From: the human T2T-CHM13v2.0 reference genome, Homo sapiens
Length of the DNA stretch: 64,000 bases
Direction: 5' to 3' (one strand)
Assembly (NCBI RefSeq): GCF_009914755.1
Contig: NC_060931.1
In this document: positions 42,190 through 56,870 of the stretch, in pieces
How the letters are laid out: each line of letters starts with the position of its first letter
How positions within the stretch are numbered: position 1 is the stretch's first letter
The notes under the pieces: model-generated
Databases searched by the model: none
The model's input: the letters and a program-made list of their open reading frames with translations, nothing else
What the model was told of the DNA's origin: nothing
Translations under genes and position numbers: made by a program

Positions 42190-42640
42190 TCTCAAGTCTC
42201 ATTCTAATGAAGTTTACAATCCAGTGGCTGAGACATGTTTACCAAAAAACACATATGCATGCATAATTATAAATTGGGAATAGTACTAAGATGGAAAGAA
42301 GCAAGATTCTATAAAATTAAAGAATTTGACTTGACCTGGATCGGCCAGGGAAGGCTTTACTGAGGAAATGATGCTTCATCTGAGTCTGGAAAAATGAATT
42401 AAAGTGCATCTAAAGGGATGAGTATTCCAGGCAGAGGAACAGCACGTACAAAGCCTCTGCGATAGGAGGGAACATGGCATATTGGGGAAACTATAAGAAA
42501 GCCAGTGGTATGGGAACAGAGACTTGGAAGTGGGAGAATGAGGACAATGTGAGATGAGGTTGAAGGACATTTGGGCATTTTGAGAAATGCAGGAACTTAT
42601 CCTAAGAGAAATGGGACACCATTGAAAGGCTTTTCCATCT
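42190..42640 (-). mobile_element. L2 fragment
   Basis: cagggaaggctttactgagg...attccaggcagaggaacagcacgtacaaagcc. Confidence 0.75.
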
Positions 42641-45600
42641 TCCTCAACCTGCATGTCAATCTATACTCTTAGCCTGCTAGCCCTCTGCCATCTTGACATT
42701 TTTAGCCTTGATTCTTCAGAGATACCACTTTATTCTGGATATACTCCCACTACTCTGGCTATGCTTTTTCAATCTCATTTTTCTCTGTCTGCTCCTTAAA
42801 TATTGCTTTCCACTCCCTCCCTGAGTGATCTCATCCTGTTGCATGGTTTCAGCTACCATCCTCTTGTAGATACCTTTACAAAACCTTTTTCCTGGGTTGT
42901 AGTTGCCTTTTTTCATCTGCTTAGAAAATAAATAATGCACAATTTTCGTCAATTTTTGTCACATGAATATTTATGAATATTTATATGGTCTGCTTAAGCC
43001 CTGTTTTGTAACTCTATGGATAACTGCTTTTGAGAGGATGTTCCCAAACTGGTATCATTTTAGCTATTAAGATAAATTTGCTACAGGGCGGAAGAGAATA
43101 AGTCACCTCTGAGGAGGTGTGAACAGTGACTGGTGGGGTGCTGGCCGCAAGGCCTCCCTGCTCATCACTGGAAACAGTTGACAGATAGTCTGCCCTTGTG
43201 TGCTCTCCTGATATATAAAACACATGCTTTGAGTTTGCTGAGGTTTCCACTCATCTTTCCCAGGGCACCCTGACTCAGGGCTCCAATCACCCTCTGCTGA
43301 CATCTGTGTGGGCACAAAGCATCCCCCCAGCTGAGACGGCATGAAAGGAAACCAACACATTAATGCACTTGAAGGTCACTGTGGCAATGTCTGAAAATCA
43401 GACTGCAGTAAAAGTCTTGGTGCATCTGATTCTCAGGCAGAAATACTTCTCAGGTATCTACTGTGGAAGATAAAGAGGAAGGGTAGAGAAAGAAAGAGAG
43501 AAAGGGAAGAAAAGAGGCAGGGAGAAAAAGATGCAAATGAATATTTGCTAAACACTACATGATTTACTTTCACAGGCGTAGTTTATTTAATCCTTACAGA
43601 CAGCCTGGCAAAGTAGGTATTTTTTTAAAATTTTAATTTGTATAGGCTCAGATCCATGAAGCAGGTCTCCTGAACTAAAGACAAACAAACAAACAAAAAA
43701 CTAGTAATTTTTTCAACAAGTTTGGAATCAATCATTCTTGCTTTCCTTTAAATTTGATCTTCTTTCAACTATACCACAAAGCCTTGGTCACTGATTTGGG
43801 GAATTAACCAGAACTTCTGTGTCATTCTGGGTTCTGTCACTCTTGTGAGGACTCAGCTACCATTGAGTTCTCTGTGCTTTTTCTTTGCACAACTTGTACT
43901 GAACCTGTACGTTTAAGTTGAACCAACACAGCCAGAAACCCAAACCAAATGGCTGACAGCAAATACATATAAGCCAGGGACCCATCAGTTCAACTGAGAC
44001 AATCTCCTCTGTCCTATCCCCTAAATTTCTCCCATCTTATTACAATTTTTTTTCCTTCTAGTCTAGGTTTCTCTTCCTGATTTGGCTCAGCTTATACTCT
44101 TGGATGTGGGAACTTATTTTTACTGGCTCTAACTCAATACTAATTAAGGATTTTCCTCCTGGGACACCAAAGGGTGGTCTTCCTGGACTTATTTCAGGTC
44201 CTTGAATGCTTTATGACTGAAAGCAAACTCCTCATACTTGTCTACCTGGCTGGTACTCAGATGCTCCAACGCTGAAGCCCTGTAGGACAGGGGAGATTTT
44301 AGAGAGGACATGGAGAGGAGAATCCAATCAGAGAATGGCCTTTGGGCACTCCAGCAATGGCTCTCATTAGCGGATTGTACTTATCCCCCTAGCAGGAGTG
44401 TTATATTGAGGAATTTGAAGGAAATTTTGTCTAGCAAGAACTGTCTGCTTTAGTCATCATTAACGGACTACATTGAGCAAGTGGTCATTCAACCAAATTC
44501 TCATACATAGGGCGAATTCCTTTCTGTTCAACTCAGTTAGTCATTCTATCCTTGGGGACTCCAAAAGGTTTTGTGCAAATCTCCATTAGGAATATACAGT
44601 AATCACTCCCCAGCAGTGAGTTTCTTTGTTGGGTAATTCCAATAAATGTGTCTCTACTTCTGGATTTCTTTTCCTTACTGCCCAGAATTTTGCCTCCATT
44701 ACCCATGCACTTTAAATTCTTGGGGAGGTTTATGTCCTCATAATAAGCTCTAGCCGTGACTTCCAGGTACCGGTGAATCATTCCATGCCCCATGCTTGCT
44801 GCTATTTTTTGTTATTCACATCTTGGCACTGATTGAACATAGATCCAACCCCTTTCTATTATTTTTACAAAGAAACAAATTACTCAAGGTCTTTACTGCA
44901 ATTTTAGGCAGATAGAAGGAGCTTACAGGCAGTACAGAATGCACCCTAAGATTGGACATAAAAATTTCTGAAAATTCTCATGGAAATTGTAGGCACGTGA
45001 CTTGGTCATCTCTTTAAAAAAAAAATCTTCTTTCTTTTCTCCTCTCTCATTCCCATATTCCTGTGTTTTTCTAACTGAGAGCAGTTGAGCTCTTTCTTTA
45101 ATGTCCTGTTGTTTTCTAACCAATGCTCTCAGTGACTCAGCTCCTAATCTCAAGTGGTTAATTAAGGTATTTTGCTAATTAAGTCAGTTGTTTCCATGAG
45201 AGTTGACTACTGGTATGATTTTTTTTAACAGAACATAAACATAAAAGCATTTATTGTTAATAGGGTAGTAATACACCAAAATGGATGTAAACACATATCT
45301 TTCCTTTAATCCAACTCTGCGGGTATTTTTTTTTTTAAGAAATATACTCCAGTCTGGGCATTCACTGTCTCCTTGGCAGAAGCATATTTATAAGTCATCC
45401 CACCCCTCCCTCCAGGCCATGTGAGAAGAAACACCTGGCAAACAGACTCTGAGCTGAGCATCTCACATCTTATGGAGCTTCAATGATGAACAGGTAATTC
45501 CCCACCTGTCATCAACATCATGCTATATCCTAAAAATTAGGCAGAGATATGTATCAATTTATTTGCCTAATAAGCAAACCAAGTTAACCAGTTATTAAAA

Positions 45601-48259
45601 TAATTTTTTTCTCACCCTTCACACCAAAAGTCAAACCACTCTGTGTCTCTGGAAACTCAGTGAACCCAGTCAGAGGTAGTCATGAACTTGAAGTTTGAAA
45701 ATAGGAAAAACAGAGGACATTCTATTTTGGTTATTGCAGGTAATAAAAATAGGCAGTTTAAAAGGCCTGCATGTTAGTTCAAAACACTCATCTGATTTAT
45801 GCCTTTAAGAACTTAATTTTTTCCCTTGACTATTTTGAGAAATCTTACCTTTATGATTGATGAGGGGCTGCTGTATCTTTCTGAATTATGATTCTTTCCA
45901 AGTCTTCCCTGCTCTGTTCTCCAAGCTTCTTTAAGTGCTAGTAAATGTAGATTAAATGAATGAATGGTAGATAAACAAAAGAATTTCAGAAAGAGAACAG
46001 AAGGAAAGAAGAAGAAGAGACAGACAGAGAGGAAAATAGAGGAGATATGGGAGAGAGAGAGAGAGAGAGAGAACTGATTGCTGTAATTCATTTATTTAAA
46101 ACAACATTATCTAGAATAGTCAGTATCACCTAATAGAAATGTGTTATTTAAGGGGAACACTCAACCCATCAGCAATAAAAAAGCAGCTAGGACACTCCAA
46201 CTGATATTCCATATCATAAACTAGGTCAATATAATTTATTAAGATTATGTGATTGATAAGGGAAGTAACTTTTCTGGTTAGATTTTGGGGAAATAGTGCA
46301 AAAAAAAAAATACCAATGTTTACTGTCCATTTAAGCCCTGTGCTCATGTTTTCATTTTTGTGGGAAAAGGGAAAAATGATTCTGGATCATGCCATTCCTC
46401 ATTTCTCTGACAACACTCTCTCAAAATTCTCACAGTACAATATTGTTTTAAATACTCAGTGATCAAACACTTTCATCTGAAACTAGAAAATATTTAAGAA
46501 GAAATAAGACAACTGGTGGTTTTATCCTCATCATTTTCTTTTCCTTCATCCCTTCCTTTCTTCAAAACCCTAGCAAACGTCATACGTACAAAAGAACCGC
46601 TGCCTAACCACAGGTTTTAATTCAAGGAAGGCAGAAATTTCCTCTCCCAAATAAATTTCAAAATAATGAAGCCAGTAATTCAATAAAGGAAAGAAAAATA
46701 ATATTTTCATGGAGGAAAGTTGCCTACTAATGCAGTGCCACAGTTTTCAATCCAAGCTGCCCCCAAGCCTTGATAGTGGCCAAGAAGACTGATTTCCCAG
46801 AGAGTCTCCAGAACAGGAGTCATCAGGGACATTCTCTTTCTTTCCTGCTCCATGATTGTATCTGGTGTGGTCACCATGGAAAGACAGGCCTTCAGCTGAG
46901 CTGCCTTTGAACTGTGTGAGCTTAGCCCTGTTTGAGTTGAGACAGGCACTGAGAGGCATAACTATGGCTCTGCATTTAGTCCACATCAATCAAGGAATTG
47001 TCATGTCTCTTCCTGACTTTGTCTTAAGCACCTTGTAGGACAGATAAGAAGCAGTATTTAGAATGTCAGAGCACGACTAAGGGGTGTAGGTGGTCAAACC
47101 TCATAGGGGCATATGACTAAGCTTTCATTTCTGAACAATGGTGATAACAACAGTTTCAGAAAGCACCATTTCTGGAACTTTTACTTTTGACTCTGATATT
47201 TTGCCAAGAATTTACATGCATCTTTATAGCCAATGATCCTCATTATAGAAGGATGATGATCACTATTACCACCATTATTCAGAAGAAGTAACTGAGCCTC
47301 AGGTAGGTTAATCAATGTACCCAGGTTCAGTAGGGCACACCCATGGAGAAGCTATAGTATGGAATTCAGCTGTCTGCTGAAAATACCCATGTTTTTAACT
47401 GCTATGCAAAATGATGTATTTATTATGGAGAAGTCATTTTAAAATCAGGTAGAAACATATAAATTTATGATCCATAAAACTTAAAAGTGTTTACCCATTG
47501 TTTGTTGAGTTGTGCTCTGGTGTAGAACCAAGGACACTGGCCTCCAAGGGTGGTCCTCCAGCTAAGTTGTCAATCCTATCTGTAGCCACTCCTCTACCCT
47601 CTGCTCCAACCACCCTCAACGGCTTATATTCCAACATACTTCGTGCCTTTGTTTAAGCTGCACCATCTGCCTTAAATGTCTTTCTCCTGTCTGAGCAGCT
47701 CAAATCCTGCTCATTCCTTACATTTTGGCTCAGTTGTCACGTTCACTTAGAAACTGGGAAATAAGAGAAAGTTGAAGAATGGTTCTTTAATTGAGTTGTG
47801 AACCTAGCATGTGTTTTGGTAAATTTGATACTGGTGTGAGTGAAGTGCTACCGCATTACAGAGCCTTTGTGTTTGCCAAGTGAGAGCAGACAGTTCCTAC
47901 TTTCTGTATCCACTGTGATTCTCCAAGAACAGAAGAAGATTTCTCTCCAGAACAAGGAAAGCAGGGCTGAAAAGCTGCCATTCTGCCTGCAAAATCTGTA
48001 ATTCCTGTATATTCGAGAGAAAATTTACGCATGAGGGAAGCTCCCATGTTCTTACATATAATATAAATGGGAAAAGTACTAAGAATGTCCAATGTCCAAT
48101 AAATAAGTCTTTGATCCCTCATGAAATTTTTGATACCCTGCTCCTCTTTTTGCAGTGTGGGTTTATTAGAATTACCTTATCAATGGCATATCAGGTTTCT
48201 ATTCCTTCCATTAATTTAAGGAAAACGAATGAGCTATATATGCATCTGTGGATAATACA

Positions 48260-49059
<800 letters not shown>

Positions 49060-49099
49060 TTAGATATTACTTATAATGGGTGTGACCTCTATTGCGGAT

Positions 49100-49457
49100 T
49101 GTCATAGCCCGAATTGTGTTCCACCCCAAAAAATTCATGTTTGGTATCCTAAACCTCAGTGCTTAAGAATGTGACTGTATTTCAAGATTGGGTCTTTAAA
49201 GAGATAAATAAGGTTAATGGAGTTCATTGGTGTGGGCTGTAATCCAATAAAACTGGGGTCCTTATAAGTAGATGAGAGTAGAACACAGACATGTACAGAG
49301 GAAAGACCACATGAAGATGCAAGGAAAAGATGACCATCTGCTAACCAAGAATAAAGGTCTCAAAACATCGGGCCTCAGAATTGTGAGAAAATAGATTTCT
49401 GTTGCTGAAGCCACCCAGACTGTGGTACTTTGTAATGGCAGCCCTAGCAAATAGACA
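49100..49457 (+). mobile_element. MLT1B-type LTR
   Basis: gaattgtgttccaccccaaaaaattcatg...gaatgtgactgtattt...tgtggtactttgtaatggcagccctagcaaa. Confidence 0.85.
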
Positions 49458-49529
49458 GTGATGAATAAATTAGCAGATTTGATGACATTGATATTTCCAT
49501 TATTTATTTTATTCAACACCTCTAATAAT

Positions 49530-49780
49530 CTCTATTATTATATTAAACATTTACTCTGTATTAAGTATAGTATTAAATGTTCTATATACATTATCTGTTT
49601 TATTCACTCAAGACAATTCTATGATGTAAGTACTACTATTTTCCAGATTTTGTATATGAGAAAATGTTATATCGATAGCTTGAAGGGTTTGAAGAACTTG
49701 TCTAAGTTGACACCCAGGTGGGGAACTGTGATCTGATCCTAGGTCATCTGAATCCAGAATCAGCTTTCTGCCACCATTAT
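49530..49780 (-). mobile_element. MIR
   Basis: attaaacatttactctgt...gaagaacttgtctaagttgacac...ctaggtcatctgaatccaga. Confidence 0.6.
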
Positions 49781-50269
49781 CAAGGGACATTGGATATTCT
49801 GTAGCATTTACTAAAATCAAGAAAGTTAAAAAAATATAAACATGAGAGATCTATGATGCCCATCTTGAGGAGTTCACAATCCAGTTGATAAAAGAAAAGA
49901 AGAAATAAGTATAATCCTAGAGAAGATAAGATAAATGTCATGTAAAACACTCTGTCCAGAATTGTTATTTATAACTTGGATGAGGAAATTGATGGCACAA
50001 TAATAAATGTTGCTGAAGATGCAGCTGAAAGAGATGTTATTCCTTGGATAACACTCAAAATTTTAAAAAGGTGATACATAAAACTATCTTGTCAGGCTGG
50101 AACGATTGGCCAAATCTGGAGAAACGATGCATGATGAACAAATAAAATAAATTTCTAAGTACAAAAAAAAACTGGATCAGAACAATAACAACAAAATAAT
50201 GTAGTTTGTTGTGTGAACAAAGGTCATTTTAGTTTCATATTAGTCAGCTGTATCACTCATTGTGGACTA

Positions 50270-50880
50270 AGTCATTCAACAAACATTTATAGGGTGGCTC
50301 CTAGGAGGAAGTGGAAGGAAGTCACTGCTCTCAAGTTGTCAGTCCAGTGGTGAGAGAGACACATGAGCAAATCATGATACAAGGATCTGACAGATGCCTT
50401 TAAGTGAGTCTGAATGAAGCACCTCGGTAAATGGCAGAGAAAGGAAATAATTTTTGTAGGTTCATGAGAAGAGGTTGAGATGGGAAGGAGTTTGCTGGGC
50501 AGAGAACCAAGTTCATGATAATCTAGGAGGAAGAACAGTAAGTGAATATTCAATTGTATGAAAAAGCTCTCCCCTGTTTGGAATGGCTGAAATACAAGTT
50601 AAAACACCAGCATAGGATGAGGCTAAAATTTTGACTGGGATTCGGTTTTGAAGGGCAGTACAGTTAATGCTGCTGAGTCTGGCCTTCCTCTTGTATGTAA
50701 CAACAAGGTAATAAAAATTTCTAGAGGAGCAACATGACCACATTTGATTTTTTGGAAGATAATTGTTGCAAGCAATGTACAGAAAAGACTGGAGGGTGGA
50801 GAGAACAGATTCAGGGAGATCAGTTAACGAGTGGTTGCAATTTTCCAGTAAGAGAAGTTGAAGCCTAAGGGAGGTAGGTT
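50270..50880 (-). mobile_element. L2 fragments
   Basis: cattcaacaaacatttat...ctgctctcaagttgtcagtccagtgg; gattcagggagatcagttaacgagtggttgcaat. Confidence 0.65.
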
Positions 50881-51650
50881 CTGCTAAAAATACTGACACT
50901 AATGGTACAGCTGTGGCTCTTTCCACTGTCCTGGCTCAAAGTGAAGTTTTGAACTGTTTTTTTGTTTTGTTTTTTCTGAAACCACCCAAGTTGAGCTGCT
51001 GGTTCCTTCTGCACTACCCGGTCCCTTCCCGTGTCCACAGTTCTACCCTTTCTTATACGGGCCTTAAAAAGTGCTGGGGTATTGATAAATGTTTATAGTA
51101 CAGTTGAGATGGGCTGACTGAAACATCAGGATGTACACGGGTGACATTTCTACTGGGTGCTCATGGGATGAGTTGTAAGCAGCGATCAGAGGAAGAACCT
51201 TCACGGGGGACAATGAAAAGCAACGCTAGCAATTGTCTTTGGCAGGACAGAGTGCAGCACTCTACTGAACATGACAGACAGCCTTCAGCATGGCTTAGCT
51301 CTGTCGCCTGTTGACTGCCCTTGGGCTGGCCATAATGGTCTTCTTCAGGGCAGAGATTGAGTTCTTTCCAAGTATGATCTCTGCTCTTCTCTGTGTGATC
51401 CCTCCAAGCCATGCAGAAGGTCACCCTGACCTCCGTTCTTGTCAGGTTCTCTATCATCCCATTGACTCCCTGGAAAACTGCACTCTTAATTTTTTATTTG
51501 TAGGCTAACTTTATACCTTTATCTTTCAAATCTTTGCCTTTTGATTTCCAAAAATTATTCTCTCAAAAATCTTGGCTCTTATCAACTAACAGCTTTCAAA
51601 AACTATCATCTTTTATGTGGACTTCAAAAACTTGACTGTCTTTGTTTTTC

Positions 51651-51810
51651 TTTGTGTTTGAGCTAAATAAATTTTAAACCTCTCTTCTCAAATTCCCCTT
51701 AAAGATATCTCTAACAGTTTGTATTCTCTTTGTGTTCAAGCTAAATAAATTTTAAACATCTGTTCTCCCATTTTCCTTAAACTGAAGATATCGCTAGGAG
51801 TTTGTGTCTC
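51651..51810. repeat. Two-copy tandem duplication (78 + 82 bp)
   Basis: tttgtgtt(tg/ca)agctaaataaattttaaac...aagatatc(t/g)cta...agtttgt occurs twice. Confidence 0.9.
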
Positions 51811-52136
51811 TATATAGGGACATACATAATCAGACAGGTATGGAAAAGAAAAGGATATTATATTATTTTCTAAATATAATTTTTACAATGATTGTATTAA
51901 AAGCCAACTAAAATTATGATATCCTAGGAGAATAAAAAATTACTAACATTGACTCAAGAAGAAACAGAAGAAAGAATAGGCTAATTCAAATGATAGGGAA
52001 AAAAGCTGAAAAAGATGAGAAAGTATGAAACTGCTTCACAATAAAGGTGCCCGCCCAGTTTTATGCAAGATGCCTTTGAGAATCATACATAATGCCTATG
52101 ATTATTTTTAAAATTGCTCTGAAGCATTGGTGTTCA

Positions 52137-52471
<335 letters not shown>

Positions 52472-53409
52472 TCACTTGGGGAGGTTATTAAACACATGGA
52501 CTCCTTTCTCCTCTCCTCTCCCCATCTTCTCTTTGGGACTTTGATACAGTAGCTGTGGGATGGGATCTGGGAATCTGAATTTTAAATAAACAGATGCTCG
52601 GAGAACAATACTGTCCTTTGAGAAGCCTGTTCTAAAGCCATGGTCTTTTTAAATATGAAGTTTGCATTAAAAATCCATTAGGATGGATTAAAAAATAGAA
52701 CTTTATTTTTCTTAATAAAAGAAAGAAATTTCAATTTCACTGTAATAGCATTTATTTAACTGATTGACCTGGCTCCTTCTCTGAGTTCTTATGGTCAAAT
52801 GGCCAATGCACATGTATGGCCCCACAGATATTCTTGAAAGAAAGTATGGGTGCCACCTGGTCCCCTCAACAGTGTGTTTGCTCTTATACACTGCACTGCA
52901 ATTTGCAACTATGTGGGTTCTACCATATAGTTGTCATTAAAGGAATCCTCCCAAAATGGACAAATGGCATGATTATATTCCTGAAGAGAAGCCACAGATT
53001 GAAGAGAGAGCACTATTAAATGATGCTTTTACTATTGATTGTTCAAAGAAAAGATTTCATCAGTCACATTATGAGTCAGACACAACTATGACCTCATCAG
53101 ATATTAAAAACATTGGCTGAATAATTTTAAATGATCAGGAATGTTACTGGAAAATAGAGATCCATACACAGTATCGGCAAGAGCAAACCTTATTTTAATT
53201 GTATATTGTACCTGTGAATTAGTTTATAAAAGGATGAGGTCTTCAGGATGCTGAGTACTTAAAATCTAAGCATCCAGAATATTATTAAAATAATTTTAAT
53301 TAGAGATATGATTTGTAAATAAATCAAAATGCATATAATATGGTAACATTTTAACAGCAAATTTGCTGATAAATGTGAATTATTAAAAAGAATAAGCCTC
53401 TTCTTACAG

Positions 53410-53712
53410 GTAGGGCTATTCAAAATGTGGTCCATGGACTGCTGGTGGTCATCAACTATTTGTTACGTGGTCAAGATAAATATGGCAATAATAGTCAGCA
53501 TTTAGAAACTTTTACAGCAATTTGGTAGAGTAACCTGATGCCTATTGAATCTATTCATAAAGAAATTAAGCTTTTATTTCGATTGTTTTTGGCTTCTTGT
53601 TTTATTTTTCTAGTAATTTCTTTTTGCTTTGTTTTAACCAAAATAGCAGTGCATGATGGATAGGAAATTGAAATAAAGGATTTCACCACAGATAATTTGA
53701 AAAACATTGTTT
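53410..53712. mobile_element. hAT-Charlie element (Charlie4a-like)
   Basis: gctattcaaaatgtggtccatggac...gcatttagaaacttttacagcaatttg...cacagataatttgaaaaacattg. Confidence 0.6.
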
Positions 53713-54199
53713 TAAAGCATAGAAAACAATTCTAATTTATGTATAATATCCTAGTTTATTTTATAAATTAGCATAGTCCTGAAATCAATACCTGACAAAT
53801 ATCCCACAATAACAAACCTATAATTATAAGGAAAATATTAGCAAATCAATCCAGCCTCAAATTAAAATACTAATATGCCATGACCTCTTTGAATTTTATT
53901 TTTTTCTTTAACTTTTAAACTGTAAAATGGTTTAATTTCTAATAATGTGTTATTTATATAATTATGCTAATAGCTTACAAGAGACAATAACATAATTACA
54001 TTGATAAATATTCATGAAAAATTATTTCATCAACAAAACAGGCTATTAAGTAGTAATAACTACAATTTTTTATAATCATATATTTACTTAGTAGAAAAAA
54101 TCTGGAATATTATAAACCAAAACGCTTACATTGGCTGTTTTGTTTTGATTTATATTTTCTTCTTATGTTTATAGCTATGTTCTAAACTTTCAATAACAC

Positions 54200-54498
54200 A
54201 TTTTTTTTTAAGAGACAAGATCTTGCTCTGTCACCCAGGCTGGAGTGCAAGGGCACCATCATGGCTCACTGTAACCTTGAAGTCCTGGGCTCAAGTGATC
54301 TTCCCACCTCAGCCTCCCAAGTAGCTAGGATGACAGGTGTGTGCCACCACTCCTGGCTAATTTATTTATTTATTTTTTTGCAGAGGCGGGGTCTTGCTGT
54401 ATTGTCCAGGCTGATCTCAAACTCCTAGCCTTAAGCCATTCTCCTGCCTTGACCTCCTAAAGTGCTGGGATTACAAGTGTGAGCCACTGTGCTTGGAC
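54200..54498 (-). mobile_element. AluJ
   Basis: Reverse diverged dimer. Confidence 0.93.
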
Positions 54499-55089
54499 TA
54501 TAATATATGTAATTTTATGTAATAAGTTAAAAAAAGTACAGTCATTGTAGGTATAAAACATTGTGTGTGCCTAGAGTTTAAGTTCCTATGAAACATATAA
54601 GGATTTAATATTACTCACTCACAGGTTTACACATTTTCCACTAACTTGTTTTGGAAGTAATTTACTCAATGGCTCATTTTAATTTCATCTTCAGGAATGA
54701 GCAATTTGTAATTTACAAAGAAAAGCAATAAAAACATTCCATTAGTGTTCCTCAAACTACTGTGCATTGCATGTATTTGCATAATGAAGACAGACTTTTT
54801 TGTTCTCTGAAAAGAATCAAGTCTTTTCCCTTCCCACCCTTTGGTCTTACTTATTTCCAAGGTAACAGGGTGGTAGGCCCAGTCTTCTTCCTTTGAAATT
54901 TCCTCCCTGTGATGGGTCTGCCTTTTAGATCAGTTCATTTCTTTATGACATTGCTCTGAATTTCTGACCCTTCTTTATTGCCTTTATTGCAAAATGATTT
55001 TTGCAATAGTTCTAGTCATCACTAATCACCCTTATCTTTTTTTTCGAACATTTAAATCACATGATAGCATGTGACTCAGGACAGAAACT

Positions 55090-56870
55090 TGTACCAGGGT
55101 GCAAGTGGTTGAATATCTTAACTAGTCAGATTTGGGAAATATTTTGAAGGTAGAGATTGCAGGATCTGTTGGATGGAATGCGGGATGTGAGAGAATATTT
55201 CAGGATGGCTATAATGATTTTGGCCTGAATAACTGGAAAAATTGAGCTGGTATTTACTGAAATAGGGAGAACTGTGGGAAGGATTTGGGTGGGAAATGAA
55301 AGTTCCATTTTGGACATATTAAGTTTGAGTGCATTCTATATATTCAAGTACACATAGAGAATAGACAGTTGAAATTTGAATCTGGAGTTAAATGGAGAGA
55401 TTAGTGTTGAAGTTAAGATGTGTGGCTTGTTGCTGAGTGTGGCATCTAAAGCCAACTGGTGTGGATGAGATCATTTGTAGATGAGCACTGAGCAAGTGCT
55501 CTGCTGCATTCTGAGGATGGGAACAGGGCCTGCTTCATGGCCACATGATCTTGGCAGTCGCACAAAACCTCTTGCTTAGGAGGAACCGGTGCTTGATTGA
55601 ATGCTCTGCTCTCACTCTCTTGAAACTGTTAATAATTTTTTAACAAGGGCGCTGCATTTTCATTCTGCACTGTACCTTGCAAATTATGTAGCAGGTTCTG
55701 GTTGGAAACATAAGGATCCAACCTTACGAAAGGAAAGAGCCAGTGAAGTAACCTGAAAACCAAGCAAGTGTGAGGAGGTGTCATAAAAGTCAAGGGAACA
55801 AATTGTGTGATGATGGACAGCATGACCCACAGTCTCAAAAAGATGATGCAAGGTCATATTACCTCAGGACTGAACACTGATCATTGGATTTAGCAACTTG
55901 CGTATACTTGTTGCCCATGGTGCAGTAAGTTGAAGAGAAAAGAAAAGAACAAATGTTGAATGTGAATAACTCTTGCAAGCACTTTTCTTGGAAATGAGAA
56001 GCTTAAAATTGGGTAGGAGCTGAGAAAGATACAGGGTCAAGAGAGGGTTTTTTTAAGATGGAGATAAGTGTTATAAATGGGGGAGTAAGCACCTTTTGTG
56101 GAATCTTTAAGCAACAGTCCAGTACGGCTGTGGAGATTACACTGGGGAGCCATATGAATTAAAGGATTTACTGTATTTACAGGTTCTACAAAGGGAGGCA
56201 CAACATACCTTGCAGGAGTCACCTGGAGGGAGCACCAAGGGAGCAGGCTCAACCAAGCAGTGGAGGAGCCAAGAGAAAGTAGGGACCTGTGGACAAGCAC
56301 CCTTATTGGGCATCAGGATGGGGTTTGCCAGCAAACGCAGGAGGGAATATTATGGGTATGCTTGAATGTCACTAGGCCACAGTCAGGGAAGAGCAAGAAG
56401 GGGGACTTGTGGCAAGACCAGCCTTGTCACATTGGTGCACCTGGTCATCTGGGAAAAGTGCCCACAAGCCTGTTTCTCTGGAGATGTTGGGGAATCAGAA
56501 AAATGGGAAGTCTTTAAAAGTTGCAATTCAAGATGTTATGGTACATCATTTTTCTTGGCAATGACCCATTAAGAAAAAAAAATGATGAGGTGGGAATGGA
56601 AATAATTCCAGGAGCAAAGCCTTTGAGTAGGAGCGGGGAACAGGTTCTAGTGCAAAGTAGGGGGTTGGCCCTAGGAGACGGGGAAACCCAAGTGGATGGA
56701 GACCTGCTGCGTTTTGTAGAATGATCCATTCTGATTCCTTCTATATAAAAACAGAAGCCTTCAGCTGAGAGTGAGAAGCAGAGAGGAAATGTTGAGATTT
56801 GAAGAAGAGAAGAATGTGAAATAGTCATCTAGGAGGAAGGGCAAACAAGGAGACCAGGACTGACGGGAAG
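55090..56870 (-). mobile_element. L2 ORF-region fragments interrupted by MER45A and a probable LTR fragment (about 56100-56560)
   Basis: atattttgaaggtagag...ttttggcctgaataactgga...agttccattttggacatattaagtttgag. Confidence 0.65.
55524..55700 (+). mobile_element. MER45A (hAT-Tip100 MITE)
   Basis: CAGGGCCTGCTTCATGG...GCAAATTATGTAGCAGGTTCTG, 177 bp. Degenerate 8-bp TSD gatgggaa/gttggaaa. Confidence 0.85.

Noticed and set aside
51651-51810. CRISPR-like repeat-spacer pattern
   Set aside because: Only two units, the intervening parts are also homologous, and the context is eukaryotic.
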